Below are positions 28,051-36,437 of a stretch of DNA of 64,000 nucleotides, in pieces; the stretch's first letter is position 1; every line of letters starts with the position of its first letter. Source of the DNA: an uncultured Gammaproteobacteria bacterium (lineage in GTDB: Bacteria; Pseudomonadota; Gammaproteobacteria; Pseudomonadales; IMCC2047); the NCBI GenBank assembly GCA_942492345.1, contig CALOEK010000001.1, positions 89,758-153,757 on the forward strand. Reading direction: 5' to 3'. Both the position numbers and the translations under genes were made by a program. Under the pieces are notes generated by a model. That model was not told where the DNA came from. It did no database searches and saw only the letters and a program-made list of their open reading frames with translations.

Positions 28051-28419
28051 ATGGTGCAAAAAAATAAAGGTGTAGATCGGATTATAAAAGCCTGTGGCTA
28101 TTCGTTAGCAGGGTTAAAGTCAGCATGGAAAGAGGAAGCAGCATTTCGTCAGGAAAGTTTGTTGATGCTGGTGATGCTGCCCTGTGCCTTTTGGTTGGGG
28201 CGGAGCCTGATTGAAGAGTTATTGCTGGTTATCGTGTGCGTGTTGGTGATTGTTGTGGAGTTGATGAATTCTGCGATTGAAGCCGTCGTTGATCGAGTTA
28301 GCGATGAGCACCATGTGCTATCTGGACGCGCTAAAGACATGGGTTCGGCGGCGGTGTTTGTTAGCGTTATTCTAGTGATTTTTGTGTGGCTGGGGGTTGT
28401 TTGTGATCGCCTTTTTTAG
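28051..28419 (+). CDS. dgkA: Diacylglycerol kinase
   Basis: 122 aa with three TM segments. DgkA pattern: RIIKACGYSLAGLKSAWKEEAAFRQE...ELMNSAIEAVVDR. Confidence 0.92.
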   Translation: MVQKNKGVDRIIKACGYSLAGLKSAWKEEAAFRQESLLMLVMLPCAFWLGRSLIEELLLVIVCVLVIVVELMNSAIEAVVDRVSDEHHVLSGRAKDMGSAAVFVSVILVIFVWLGVVCDRLF

Positions 28420-28429
28420 GTTGAGTGTT

Positions 28430-29188
28430 ATGCGGTTGTTAGTCGTTGTTTTTTCGATAATTGTGTTATGTCTAGCAACCTTAGTTCGTGCGGAGGCGCT
28501 GCCCGATACTGTTATTAAGGTTAAACCCTCTATTGTGGGGGTGGGGACCTATTTGCCGACGCGTGCACCGCAATCTCGGTTACAAGGGACAGGGTTTGTA
28601 GTAGCGGATGGCTATCACGTCATTACTAATGCACACGTGGTGAAAGTGGAGCTGGATGTTGCCAAGAAAGAGAAGCTGGTGATCTTTACCGGTACGGGGA
28701 AGCGCGCGAAGTTTCGTGAAGCGCGAGTGTTAGTGCTGGATGAGGCGCACGACTTGGCGTTGCTGCGTATTTCCGGGGCACGTTTGCCTGCATTGGAAGT
28801 GGCCGATTCTAAACAGGTCAGAGAGGGCGAGCGCTATGCCTTTACCGGTTTCCCTCTTGGCGGTATTTTGGGCTTATATCCAGCAACCCATCAAGGTATT
28901 GTTTCCAGTATTACGCCTATTGCTGCGCCGATGGGGGATTCACGACAATTGACGCCGGACTTAATAAAACGTCTCAAGGCCGGCTATGAGATATTCCAGC
29001 TTGATGCCACGGCTTATCCCGGTAATAGTGGTAGCCCGCTTTATGATCAAAAAACGGGGCGGGTTGTAGGTGTTATTAATAGCGTGTTTGTGAAGGGTAC
29101 CAAGGAAGCGGCAATCGAAAACCCAAGCGGTATTACCTATGCGATTCCGTCTCGTTATGTCAGGGATATTCTTAGCAGGCCTCAATAG
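28430..29188 (+). CDS. Secreted trypsin-like (S1) serine protease
   Basis: The ATG at 28430 gives signal peptide MRLLVVVFSIIVLCLATLVRA. Catalytic triad: His in VITNAHVV, Asp in HDLALLRI, Ser in GNSGSPLYD. The longer ORF from 28382 would overlap dgkA. Confidence 0.85.
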   Translation: MRLLVVVFSIIVLCLATLVRAEALPDTVIKVKPSIVGVGTYLPTRAPQSRLQGTGFVVADGYHVITNAHVVKVELDVAKKEKLVIFTGTGKRAKFREARVLVLDEAHDLALLRISGARLPALEVADSKQVREGERYAFTGFPLGGILGLYPATHQGIVSSITPIAAPMGDSRQLTPDLIKRLKAGYEIFQLDATAYPGNSGSPLYDQKTGRVVGVINSVFVKGTKEAAIENPSGITYAIPSRYVRDILSRPQ

Positions 29189-29291
29189 CCTTAGCTTATA
29201 CTGTCGAGTATTTTTACAGTATGCTCGGTCGTAAATTATATTAAGTGGTTGTGTTTGGTTAACTGTTTGTTTTTAAAAAAGTATTTTGTTT

Positions 29292-29307
29292 GGGTATAAA
29301 TATTGCA
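29292..29307 (+). promoter_or_regulatory. Possible sigma-54 (-24/-12) promoter upstream of the Tat-protein gene
   Basis: GGGTAT-AAATA-TTGCA compared with consensus TGGCAC-N5-TTGCW. The GG and TTGCA elements sit at the correct spacing, ~115 nt upstream of the ATG at 29421. This is a single weak match. Confidence 0.25.
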
Positions 29308-29420
29308 AGCATAGGCTGTATAGATAACAGTCGTTAGGCCAGTTTTAATTCCGTTTTTTTTGTATGGGGTGTAACTTAGGCCTATAATTCTGAACAGATT
29401 TGAATTTACGGAAAGCCACT

Positions 29421-30089
29421 ATGAGTGATGACATTAAATTGGAACAGGACGAAAGCAAAAAACCGCTTGAAGATAAGCCTGTAGAGTCAAGGCGCAAGTT
29501 CGCTAAAACGGGGCTTGCTGGTGGTGCGGTGTTAATGTCGCTATTAAGTCGTCCTGCACTGGGTACGGGGTATAACGACCCCCGTTGTACGGGTTCTATT
29601 TTGGCGTCGATTGATGCTGGTTCCTCCTTGCATGATTTTGATGCTGATGATTGTCGTTTTGGTTGTACTCCAGGGTTTTGGTGTGGTGGTGCTGCCAGAA
29701 AGGCATGGACTAAGATTGGACAGCTTTCAGGTATTTCATTATCGTCTAGTTTTAGTGAGATTTTCTCTTGTGGGCCAGGCCCTATTGCTCCAGATGTTGA
29801 TGGAAGCACTGAGATATCGAGAATTCTTTGTATTCCTAATGAAGGTCCGTCACACCTGAAACAATCTGCACGCCACTCAATAGCCGCTTGGTTGAATGCT
29901 ACCATTATGGGAAGTTTTTTTGGTCCGACTCCTGAACAAATTGTTCAAGGTTACTGCAGTGCTTTCGCAGCATGGCAAAATGATAATAACAATACGGGGC
30001 CTCTTTCTAACTGGCATCATGAGATGAAAGATTTGAATGAGAGAGGTTGCCCACTTAATAACGATCCGAACAATATGTTCTATGAATAA
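29421..30089 (+). CDS. Tat-signal, Cys-rich secreted protein of unknown function
   Basis: 222 aa from the ATG at 29421. Near-consensus twin-arginine signal ESRRKFAKTGLAGGAVLMSLLSRPALG. The mature part has eight Cys, including CRFGCTPGFWCGG. No family was recognised. Confidence 0.7.
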   Translation: MSDDIKLEQDESKKPLEDKPVESRRKFAKTGLAGGAVLMSLLSRPALGTGYNDPRCTGSILASIDAGSSLHDFDADDCRFGCTPGFWCGGAARKAWTKIGQLSGISLSSSFSEIFSCGPGPIAPDVDGSTEISRILCIPNEGPSHLKQSARHSIAAWLNATIMGSFFGPTPEQIVQGYCSAFAAWQNDNNNTGPLSNWHHEMKDLNERGCPLNNDPNNMFYE

Positions 30090-30196
30090 ACAGTAGTTTT
30101 TAATTGAGACTACAATTTATCTTTTATTTGGATCGTTTTTAAGGTGTTAGTCACATTCTGCCGATACTTTATATCCCTTCGGGCTCAGCGCTTATA

Positions 30197-30433
30197 TTGA
30201 AAACATTTGGGAATGAAACATTATTGTTTCATTCCGCCTCGGGTGATACCTTGCTTTTAGCGCCCACAGCTGTCCCGCTTATTACCCGCCTTCAACAAGG
30301 CTCTTTAGAGAAACAGCAACTTTTTAATTATGTCGCTGAAGAGCTTAATTACGAAGTAGAAGATAGTTTTTTAACTCACATGGAAGAGGTGTTGTCAGGT
30401 TTGATGAAACGGGATATCGTAGCGGCACAATGA
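30197..30433 (+). CDS. PqqD-family (RRE-type) protein, 'HPr-rel-A system' type
   Basis: 78 aa. NETLLFHSASGDTLLLAPTAVPLITRL fits the PqqD pattern (x-F-x-x-x-S-G-x-T-x-x-L). TTG start with no clear SD. The stop overlaps the next gene's start (ATGA at 30430-30433). Confidence 0.7.
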   Translation: MKTFGNETLLFHSASGDTLLLAPTAVPLITRLQQGSLEKQQLFNYVAEELNYEVEDSFLTHMEEVLSGLMKRDIVAAQ

Positions 30434-31350
30434 GTTTCCGCATTTCAGATCTAAGTTTACAGCATTTACTCTCTCTGCTTAGAGGTCCTGGCCTCTATCT
30501 AAAAACAGGCCCTTTTAGCTACCGCATTCGTTCCTCAGCGAAAAGAGTCGCGGAGGGGCTACACCTGTTGTATGGGGAAAATAAATATTTTCAGCAGTTG
30601 GATTTTGTCGATTTTGACATCCGTCTTGACTCACCTAATAAATTGAGACGTCATTTTCGTCCAAAGCTGGATTTTTATTTTGACCATCAAACGCCGTTTA
30701 AACCACTACCTTTAACACAAGCCTATGCATTTTTAGAGTGGGGCATGAATTGGTGTGTGTCGGTACACATGAATCAGTACTTAAAGCTGCATGCCGCAGT
30801 GCTTGAAAAGAACGGTAGAGCGTTAGTTATGCCTGCCGCTCCGGGATCAGGTAAGAGTACATTGTGCGCTGCATTGATGCTCCGAGGTTGGCGATTATTG
30901 TCGGATGAACACGCATTGGTGTCGTTGCAAGACGCAAGTTTGATTCCTGTTTGTCGACCTGTCAGTCTTAAAAATGAATCGATAGATGTCATTAGAAATT
31001 TTGAGCCTACCGCTGTATTTGGTCCCATGTGTGAAGATACGCATAAGGGTACTGTTGTTCATATGCAGCCTGATTCTCGCTCTGTTGAGCGTGATGGTGA
31101 GAGCGCTAAACCGGGCTGGTTGGTGTTCCCCAAATACGTGCCTGAATCAGAAACACGGCTTACCGAGCGCATTAAAGAAACCGCTTTCCTAAAAGCTGGG
31201 GATCAATCCTTCAACTATAGCTTGCTGGGGGTTAAAGGTTTTGAGGTGATGTCCAAGTTGGTTGAGGCGAGTGCTTGTTATAATTTCAGTTATTCTAATC
31301 TTGATGAAGCCGTTGAGACGTTTGAACGACTTAGCGAGACTGCTGCATGA
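30430..31350 (+). CDS. HPr-kinase-related P-loop kinase ('HprK-related kinase A' type)
   Basis: 306 aa. P-loop MPAAPGSGKSTLCAALMLRGWRLLSDEHA resembles the HprK/P C-terminal domain. It is coupled to both neighbours by ATGA overlaps. Confidence 0.75.
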   Translation: MSFRISDLSLQHLLSLLRGPGLYLKTGPFSYRIRSSAKRVAEGLHLLYGENKYFQQLDFVDFDIRLDSPNKLRRHFRPKLDFYFDHQTPFKPLPLTQAYAFLEWGMNWCVSVHMNQYLKLHAAVLEKNGRALVMPAAPGSGKSTLCAALMLRGWRLLSDEHALVSLQDASLIPVCRPVSLKNESIDVIRNFEPTAVFGPMCEDTHKGTVVHMQPDSRSVERDGESAKPGWLVFPKYVPESETRLTERIKETAFLKAGDQSFNYSLLGVKGFEVMSKLVEASACYNFSYSNLDEAVETFERLSETAA

Positions 31351-32459
31351 GCCGACCTTCCTACCTGTTGCTTGATGTATTACGTTGCCCGCAAAAACTG
31401 GTTGATTTAACACTTAAGGACTGGAATAAGCTGATTCCCCAAGCGCGACATGCGCTGCTTTTAGGGCGTTTGCATGCAGTTATTGTTGATAATGGTTTGC
31501 TTGAAAAGTTGCCGGAAAAACCTTTAAACCATACATTATCCGCTTTCCTTGCGTCTGAAAAACAGCGGACGACAACGGCATGGGAAGTGACAAAAATCGA
31601 ACGTGCGTTGCTGCCCTTGGGATTATCAGTGCTTTTGTTAAAAGGCGGGGCATATATCCAAGCTGGACTGGATATATCACGGGGTCGACTATTATCCGAT
31701 ATTGATATTTTAGTGCCCAAAGCTCAATTAGATGACGTGGAACAGGCGTTGAACTCGCGAGGCTGGATGTCAAATAAGGCTGAGGAGTATGACCAGCGCT
31801 ATTATCGTGAATGGATGCATGAGATTCCGCCCTTAAAACATATTACGCGCGGTAGCTTTTTAGATGTACACCACACTATTTTGCCACCGACGGCAAAATA
31901 TAAGCCGGACCCTGGAAAAATCATCAAGGCGGCTCAAAAAATCACGTCTGAGGTTTGTACGCTTGATCCTGTCGATATGGTCATTCACAGCGCCACTCAC
32001 CTGTTTCATGAGGGTGACTTCGATCACGGTCTGCGCGATATTCTTGATCTACACGGTCTGCTGATTCATTTTGGTGAACATGAATCAGGGTTTTGGGATA
32101 GGCTTGTGCCACGGGCTATTGAACTGGATCTAATTAATCCTCTTTATTACGCGTTACATTATTGCGCGTTAATTTTGGATACCGATATCCCTCAAACCGT
32201 GCTGCAACAGGCGAATAAAGGTAAACCGAATCTATTAATGAGTTGGGTCATGGACGGGCTTTTTATGCGCGCATTAAGGCCTGATCATCCCAGCTGTGAT
32301 TTACCTTTTACAGGGCTTGCGCGTGGGCTGCTTTACATACGATCTCATTATTTGCGTATGCCGTTGCATCTGTTAATACCACACCTAACCCGTAAGGCCT
32401 GGAAGCGTCGCGTTGCTGATAATAAGCAACAAACAGCCGACGTTAATCTCCCACAGTAA
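31347..32459 (+). CDS. Nucleotidyltransferase-family protein (NTP_transf_5-like)
   Basis: 370 aa with GRLLSDIDILVPKAQLDDVEQAL (nucleotidyltransferase Asp pair) and downstream LDVHHTILP. The start overlaps the kinase stop (ATGA at 31347-31350). Confidence 0.7.
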   Translation: MSRPSYLLLDVLRCPQKLVDLTLKDWNKLIPQARHALLLGRLHAVIVDNGLLEKLPEKPLNHTLSAFLASEKQRTTTAWEVTKIERALLPLGLSVLLLKGGAYIQAGLDISRGRLLSDIDILVPKAQLDDVEQALNSRGWMSNKAEEYDQRYYREWMHEIPPLKHITRGSFLDVHHTILPPTAKYKPDPGKIIKAAQKITSEVCTLDPVDMVIHSATHLFHEGDFDHGLRDILDLHGLLIHFGEHESGFWDRLVPRAIELDLINPLYYALHYCALILDTDIPQTVLQQANKGKPNLLMSWVMDGLFMRALRPDHPSCDLPFTGLARGLLYIRSHYLRMPLHLLIPHLTRKAWKRRVADNKQQTADVNLPQ

Positions 32460-32505
32460 GTTCAGCTGACCATTGATGTGCCATCGGGCGAGTTAAACGT
32501 TGAGT

Positions 32506-33114
32506 TCAGTCGTTTTTTAGCAGCGGCACAAGATGTCCCCAAACATTCTCCAGAATTAAAGGCTGCGCCTTGGCATTAGGGTGTAGCCCATCCTCCTGAA
32601 TAAGTCCGTTGACACCACCAACATTTGCTAGCAAAAAAGGAATGAGAGGAAGATCTCGGCTGGTTGCCAGTTCCTCATAGATAGCCTTAAATTGATTAGT
32701 GTAATAAGGTCCATAGTTGGGCGGTAACCGCATCCCGGCTAGCAGAACCTGACTGCCCTGTGATGTTGATAGCTCGATCATTTTGGTCAGATTTTGTTTC
32801 ATATTAGTTAACGGTTGGGCCCGCAATCCATCATTGGCGCCTAGTGCCAAAATGACAATGTCTGGCTGATTAGAGCGCAGTGTCTGGGGGAGACGGCTAA
32901 GGCCACCCTGAGTCGTGTCACCGGAAATACTGGCGTTGATAACTTGATGTGAACCTGTTGTCTGATTGAGACGTTTATCGAGTAAGGCCACCCAGCCATC
33001 ATTGATTGGCATGTTATAAGCCGCGCTAAGGCTGTCTCCCACAACCAGAATAGTTTTGGCGTTCAATAGTGGCGAGAGTAAAAAAAGCAGCATCAATAAC
33101 AGGAAGTGCGACAT
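32506..33114 (-). CDS. tesA: SGNH/GDSL arylesterase - acyl-CoA thioesterase I
   Basis: The start at 33114 gives signal peptide MSHFLLLMLLFLLSPLLNA. SGNH blocks: VVGDSLSAAY, ISGDTT, LGANDG, DGLHPN. It is divergent from ybbA, as in E. coli. Confidence 0.88.
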   Translation of the reverse strand: MSHFLLLMLLFLLSPLLNAKTILVVGDSLSAAYNMPINDGWVALLDKRLNQTTGSHQVINASISGDTTQGGLSRLPQTLRSNQPDIVILALGANDGLRAQPLTNMKQNLTKMIELSTSQGSQVLLAGMRLPPNYGPYYTNQFKAIYEELATSRDLPLIPFLLANVGGVNGLIQEDGLHPNAKAQPLILENVWGHLVPLLKND

Positions 33115-33796
33115 GGAAAAATGTGAGTCTGAATCAATCGTCATTGCGAATAATCTCGGTAAAGAGGTTGCGAGCCAGTATGAGGCTTTGACTATTTTGT
33201 CTGGTGTTAGTTTACAGATCAAACGCGGTGAAAGCGTCGCAATTGTCGGTGTTTCGGGTTCGGGAAAATCAACCTTGCTGGGTTTGTTGGCTGGCTTGGA
33301 TGAGCCGAGTAGCGGCGATGTAGAGTTGTGTGGGCAATCGTTGTCCCGATTGGATGAGGATGGACGTGCACTGGTGCGCGGTGAACACGTCGGTTTTGTG
33401 TTTCAGTCCTTTCAGTTATTACCAAACCTTACCGCGCTTGAAAATGTGCTGTTACCACTGGAAATTGCTAACAGTGATTATGATGATAATCATGTTGAAG
33501 AGTTGCTGAAAAAGGTGGGTTTGAGCGACCGTCAGCATCATTATCCCAATCAGCTTTCTGGCGGTGAGCAGCAACGAGTGGCTATTGCCCGCGCTTTTGT
33601 GACGTCGCCGACTATTTTATTTGCCGATGAGCCGACCGGTAATTTGGATACGGCCACCGGCGGCACCATTATCGATTTGCTGTTTGAGCTTAATCGCTCC
33701 AATAACACCACATTGGTGATGGTGACCCACGACGACATGCTGGCACAACGATGTGATCGTCAGATTCGATTGCAAGCGGGGCAGTTGGTGGCATGA
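33113..33796 (+). CDS. ybbA: ABC transporter ATP-binding protein YbbA
   Basis: From MEKCESESIVIANNLGKEV. Walker A GVSGSGKST, signature LSGGEQQR, Walker B LFADEPT. It is collinear with my recollection of E. coli YbbA. Confidence 0.88.
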   Translation: MEKCESESIVIANNLGKEVASQYEALTILSGVSLQIKRGESVAIVGVSGSGKSTLLGLLAGLDEPSSGDVELCGQSLSRLDEDGRALVRGEHVGFVFQSFQLLPNLTALENVLLPLEIANSDYDDNHVEELLKKVGLSDRQHHYPNQLSGGEQQRVAIARAFVTSPTILFADEPTGNLDTATGGTIIDLLFELNRSNNTTLVMVTHDDMLAQRCDRQIRLQAGQLVA

Positions 33797-36348
33797 AGGC
33801 TGAGAGTAGAAAACGTCAGCAGCAGAACATCAAAACAGTTTTTACGCTGTCGACTCGTCTATTTAAGCGTGAATGGCGTAGCGGTGAGCTGCGTATTCTG
33901 GCGCTGGCTTTATTGATCGCCATTTCCGCCACTACCAGCATCAGTTTTTTTACCGATCGGCTGGCTCAAGCATTGTTGAATCGTTCTGCCGAAATGATTG
34001 GCGGTGATTTGGTGGTCAGAGGCACGCGACCGCTGGATAGTGAGTGGTTGAAACTGTCAGAGGCAGAGTCTTTAGAACATGCACAAATAACCGAGTTTTC
34101 AACGGTTGCGATTAATCGTGAGCAGCTGTTATTGGCCAGTGTGAAGGCGGTTAGTGAAAGGTATCCGTTGTACGGCTCGGTTCAGCTTGCAGCAACACGT
34201 TACGGGCAGTCTTTGTCGAGGAATAAGGCGCCAGCGCTCGGTACTGTGTGGGTTGATTCGCGTGTGCTGGATCGTTTGCAGGCTGAAGTAGGCGATGAGA
34301 TCAGTATTGGTGCAGCGCAGTTTCGAATTGAAAGCGTGCTGATGCTAGAGCCAGATCGCGGCGGTAATTATTTTAACCTGGCTCCAAGGATTCTGATGAA
34401 CCAGCAGGATTTGGCTGCCGCGCAGGTACTGCAATTGGGCAGTCGGGCGAACTATAAATACTTGTTTGCCGGTAATCGAGAGGCAATCGAAAGGTTAAAA
34501 GCCGGTCTTGCCTTGCAAATGGGAGTGGGATATCGGTTGTTAAGCGCCGGGGAAGAGCGAGAGGGTGCTGGCTTGGTATTGAAGCGGACTCAGCAATACC
34601 TGGCGTTGACAGCCTTGTTAGCGATTATTTTGGCATCAATTGCCATTGCTGTGTCGGCGCGTCGTTACAGCCAGCGGCAATATGATGTGAGCGCGATTAT
34701 GCGTTGCCTGGGTGCGACGCAAAAAACAATTTTCAGGCTGTATTTTTTACAGTTACTGGTGCTGGTTTTAATATGCGGCATTATTGGTACCCTGCTGGGT
34801 TGGGGCGTACAGGCTGTGCTGGCAAATGTATTGCAGACATCCATCCAGCTGGTTTTACCAAGTAGCGGCTGGATGCCCTGGTTAGTGGGCTTCGCGGCGG
34901 GTGCTCTGGTGTTGTTTGGCACAGCGCTGCCGCCGCTCTGGCGCCTGAAAAGTGTTTCACCGTTGCGTGTTATCCGGCGGGATCTGACACCGTTACCTGT
35001 GCGGGGTTGGTTGGTTTTTGCCTGTGCCTGGTTGATGCTATGCCTGTTGGTATTGCTCTTTACTCAGGAACTCGTGTTAGTGCTGGTCCTGTTGGGCGGG
35101 CTTGGTGTGGTGGTGGCGTTAATGGCTGGCATGGTCTGGGTGCTTTTGCGTATCAGTAAAGGTTTTGGTCTGACTCGACTGGGATTGGTAGGACGCGGCC
35201 TTGGTCGTATCACCCAGCGTGCAAAAAGCCATACTCTGCAAATCACGGCGCTGGCAATGACGTTAATGCTGATGGCCGTGATCGGCATGTTACGATTCGA
35301 ATTGCTTGCCAATTGGTCCATGCAAATTCCTGACGATGTTCCCAACCATTTTGCTTTTAACATCATGCCGACCGACACGGCTCGCCTGAGTCAGTATTTC
35401 ACTGATCAGGCTATTTCCGCACCAACGCTTTATCCCATGGTGCGTGGTCGTCTGACACAAATTAATGACCGTGATATCAATACTGAGTTGTTCCCCGACA
35501 AGGATGAAACACCTTCCCGGCGTTCTGGTGATGGCATAAACCGGGAGTTAAATTTAAGTTGGACCAACAGCTTGCCAGCCGATAATAAAATCACAGCAGG
35601 CCAATGGCAAAGCCCATTAGCAAGTGACAACCAGTTGTCGACTGTTTCAATTGAAGAGGGGCTCGCTGAGCGACTCGGCATTGAACTGCAGGATCAACTT
35701 GAGTTTGATGTTGCTGGACAAAAACTATCAGCCAGGGTCACCAGTTTACGCAGTGTGGTGTGGGAATCTTTCACCCCCAATTTTTATCTGCTTTTTTCAC
35801 CTGGCGCTCTGGAGGGGTTGCCGGCTACTTATGTGACCAGTTTCCGGCTGGAGGCTGAGCAGCGACAAACACTCATGCAACTGGTGCGAGCATTCCCGGC
35901 GATCACTATTTTGGAAGTGGATGCCCTAATTACTCAGTTACAATCGATCCTTGAACAAGTAACGATACTGGTCGAGTTGATGCTGCTGTTCGTCTTGCTC
36001 GCAGGGCTGTGCGTGTTGCTGGCGATTATTCAAAGTGATCTTGATGAACGCTTGCGAGAGGGCGCACTGATGCGGGCGCTGGGGGCCAGCCGACGTTATC
36101 TACAGAGCATAAACTATCTGGAGTTTGCCTTGATGGGGTTGTTAGCGGGCCTGCTGGCAATGGCCGGAGCTGAATTGGTCACAGCGCTACTTTACCAGCG
36201 TGTTTTTGATTTGCCGACGCACTGGCATTGGCAGTTTTGGCTTAGCGTACCGTTATTAGCGACTTTGCTGGTTGCCATGGTGGGTAATTTGGCAACTCGG
36301 CGCACGGTTCGGCAGAGCCCGGCATTGCTGTTGAAACAGTACGATTAG
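33793..36348 (+). CDS. ybbP: ABC transporter permease YbbP (double FtsX-type)
   Basis: 851 aa with two MacB/FtsX-like membrane modules. The start overlaps the ybbA stop. Confidence 0.85.
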   Translation: MKAESRKRQQQNIKTVFTLSTRLFKREWRSGELRILALALLIAISATTSISFFTDRLAQALLNRSAEMIGGDLVVRGTRPLDSEWLKLSEAESLEHAQITEFSTVAINREQLLLASVKAVSERYPLYGSVQLAATRYGQSLSRNKAPALGTVWVDSRVLDRLQAEVGDEISIGAAQFRIESVLMLEPDRGGNYFNLAPRILMNQQDLAAAQVLQLGSRANYKYLFAGNREAIERLKAGLALQMGVGYRLLSAGEEREGAGLVLKRTQQYLALTALLAIILASIAIAVSARRYSQRQYDVSAIMRCLGATQKTIFRLYFLQLLVLVLICGIIGTLLGWGVQAVLANVLQTSIQLVLPSSGWMPWLVGFAAGALVLFGTALPPLWRLKSVSPLRVIRRDLTPLPVRGWLVFACAWLMLCLLVLLFTQELVLVLVLLGGLGVVVALMAGMVWVLLRISKGFGLTRLGLVGRGLGRITQRAKSHTLQITALAMTLMLMAVIGMLRFELLANWSMQIPDDVPNHFAFNIMPTDTARLSQYFTDQAISAPTLYPMVRGRLTQINDRDINTELFPDKDETPSRRSGDGINRELNLSWTNSLPADNKITAGQWQSPLASDNQLSTVSIEEGLAERLGIELQDQLEFDVAGQKLSARVTSLRSVVWESFTPNFYLLFSPGALEGLPATYVTSFRLEAEQRQTLMQLVRAFPAITILEVDALITQLQSILEQVTILVELMLLFVLLAGLCVLLAIIQSDLDERLREGALMRALGASRRYLQSINYLEFALMGLLAGLLAMAGAELVTALLYQRVFDLPTHWHWQFWLSVPLLATLLVAMVGNLATRRTVRQSPALLLKQYD

Positions 36349-36437
36349 CTTGCGGCTGCTGGACCGATCCAGTTAAATAGAACTCTATCAAGCCCGTGAA
36401 ATTTGATTGGGTTGGCGAATCAAAAGGAGAGCAAAGC

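Noticed and set aside
29345-29905. 186-aa ORF on the minus strand, antisense to the Tat-signal protein gene
   Set aside because: It fully overlaps the plus-strand ORF, which has a textbook twin-arginine signal and sits in operon-like order with the downstream genes. The minus-strand product is low-complexity (Pro/Ser/Ala-rich) with no start context. I treat it as a shadow ORF.
4151-32459. Lasso-peptide gene cluster, from a Cys-less AsnB-like 'cyclase' plus PqqD-like RRE, kinase and nucleotidyltransferase
   Set aside because: The AsnB-like gene lies ~24 kb from the PqqD/kinase genes, embedded in sugar-modifying genes. No transglutaminase-like leader protease is present, and no convincing short precursor gene sits next to either.
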